Assembly (NCBI GenBank): GCA_009787915.1
Contig: WQSK01000001.1
Location: 7,119 to 71,118, forward strand
Direction: 5' to 3'
Origin: Bacillota bacterium
GTDB taxonomy: Bacteria; Bacillota; Clostridia; Christensenellales; UBA1242
Length of the DNA: 64,000 nt
The position numbers were made by a program, and so were the translations under genes. Within the stretch, counting starts at the first letter, position 1; each line of letters starts with the position of its first letter. Below are positions 63,563 to 64,000 of the stretch, one piece after another. A model generated the notes under the pieces. It was not told the DNA's origin. It made no database searches and saw only the letters and a program-made list of their open reading frames with translations.

Positions 63563-63606
63563 GGAGAGGACAAGGTTCTCGCAGAAGCGAGGTTCTTACC
63601 CTCCTC
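63563..63606. repeat. covarying hairpin family, copy B (at the right junction of the element)
   Basis: GGAGAGGA CAAGGTT CTCGC AGAA GCGAG GTTCTTA CCCTCCTCC. The 3' strand is the duplicated tRNA-Ser 3' end. Confidence 0.7.
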
Positions 63607-63666
63607 CAAAATATGCTCGAAATTTGTGCCGAAAGTTCAGCAGAACCCAACCACGATGATTGATAT

Positions 63667-64000
63667 TTACAAAAAATATTCTTCTGCGTTTGACAATTGT
63701 TCTTTGAGTTCATCATAGTCATGCACTATACCGCCTCTGCGCAGGTGTGAATTCAAGTCACTTCTTACATTTCGTTTTGCATAGTCCAAAAACTCTGGTG
63801 TGGCAGAAACAGTTTTGTCCATTCCAAATTTTTCAGATATTAAAAAGTCGTTCGTCGCAAACTCAAGATATTCCCACAAATCTTTTTCCGAAAGATGTTT
63901 TAGGTCGATTCTTTGACTCTCACGTTTGATTTTATAATCTTGCAGTTTTTTGTATTCATGTAGCGCAGTTCTGTACTTTTCTATTAGTTGATATTTTTTA
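63667..64000 (-). CDS. hypothetical protein, C-terminal part (gene runs off the right edge)
   Basis: The minus-strand frame of the 63667-63879 ORF stays open to position 64000 (KYQLIEKYRTALHEYKKLQDYKIKRESQRIDLKHLSEKDLWEY...). It contains an RSDLNSH (Rx5H) segment. Confidence 0.5.
   Translation of the reverse strand, partial: KKYQLIEKYRTALHEYKKLQDYKIKRESQRIDLKHLSEKDLWEYLEFATNDFLISEKFGMDKTVSATPEFLDYAKRNVRSDLNSHLRRGGIVHDYDELKEQLSNAEEYFL

Larger units (their letters stand above)
56248..63609. mobile_element. integrated element (~7.4 kb) at the 3' end of tRNA-Ser
   Basis: The 16-nt direct repeat TCTTACCCTCCTCCAA occurs at 56248-63 and 63594-609. The serine recombinase sits next to the tRNA junction. 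Cargo: HUH Rep, an R-M pair and a 3-gene operon. Confidence 0.7.

Noticed and set aside
1-64000. Alternative genetic code (UGA or UAG reassignment), considered because of the small-genome look.
   Set aside because: gyrA, gyrB, uvrA, uvrB, five aaRS genes and the 1696-aa ORF are all uninterrupted under the standard bacterial code.

Overview
AT-rich (by eye), gene-dense bacterial chromosomal window. It reads cleanly with the standard code: all long conserved genes are intact, so no UGA recoding is needed. There are about 70 protein genes, nearly all on the + strand, and two tRNAs (Ile-GAU on -, Ser-UGA on +).

Core content:
- a translationally coupled aminoacyl-tRNA synthetase block, metG-hisS-trpS-cysS, with serS nearby
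- smpB, gyrB-gyrA, rpsL/rpsG, uvrB and uvrA
- an ABC-F factor and a two-gene ABC exporter pair
- four Nudix hydrolases, an OGG glycosylase, an M23 peptidase and a CwlD-like amidase

YtaF-like, Coat_F-like and MnmM/YtqB-like genes suggest a small-genome Firmicutes-type lineage (inference only).

Most interesting region: a ~7.4 kb integrated element at the 3' end of tRNA-Ser (56248-63609), bounded by a 16-nt direct repeat. It carries:
- a large serine recombinase
- a 745-bp highly structured non-coding origin-like region
- a phiX/gokushovirus-type HUH Rep
- an M.HaeIII-like m5C methyltransferase with an overlapping putative restriction enzyme
- a tightly coupled three-gene operon that I cannot assign to any named system: a GHKL/anti-sigma-kinase-like ATPase with a very basic N-terminus, a STAS-like DUF4325 protein, and a 2-TM protein. 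This is my best candidate for an undescribed defence-type module.

Other notable signals:
- a systematic promoter geometry implying leaderless mRNAs
- a duplicated hairpin-plus-consensus-promoter module
- a conserved 5' leader with three AAGGGGY heptads in front of two accessory genes
- a 7-copy phased 11-bp repeat and a GC-rich multi-hairpin element in a 450-bp intergenic region after a 1696-aa surface protein
- a 195-nt near-perfect long hairpin
- a covarying hairpin family next to tRNA genes and fragments
- a ClpX paralog lacking the Zn finger, GYVG and IGF loops
- a PHP-phosphoesterase cassette with two homopolymer frameshifts, flanked by a 20-bp duplication of the uvrA 3' end

No CRISPR array, rRNA or T-box leader was seen.
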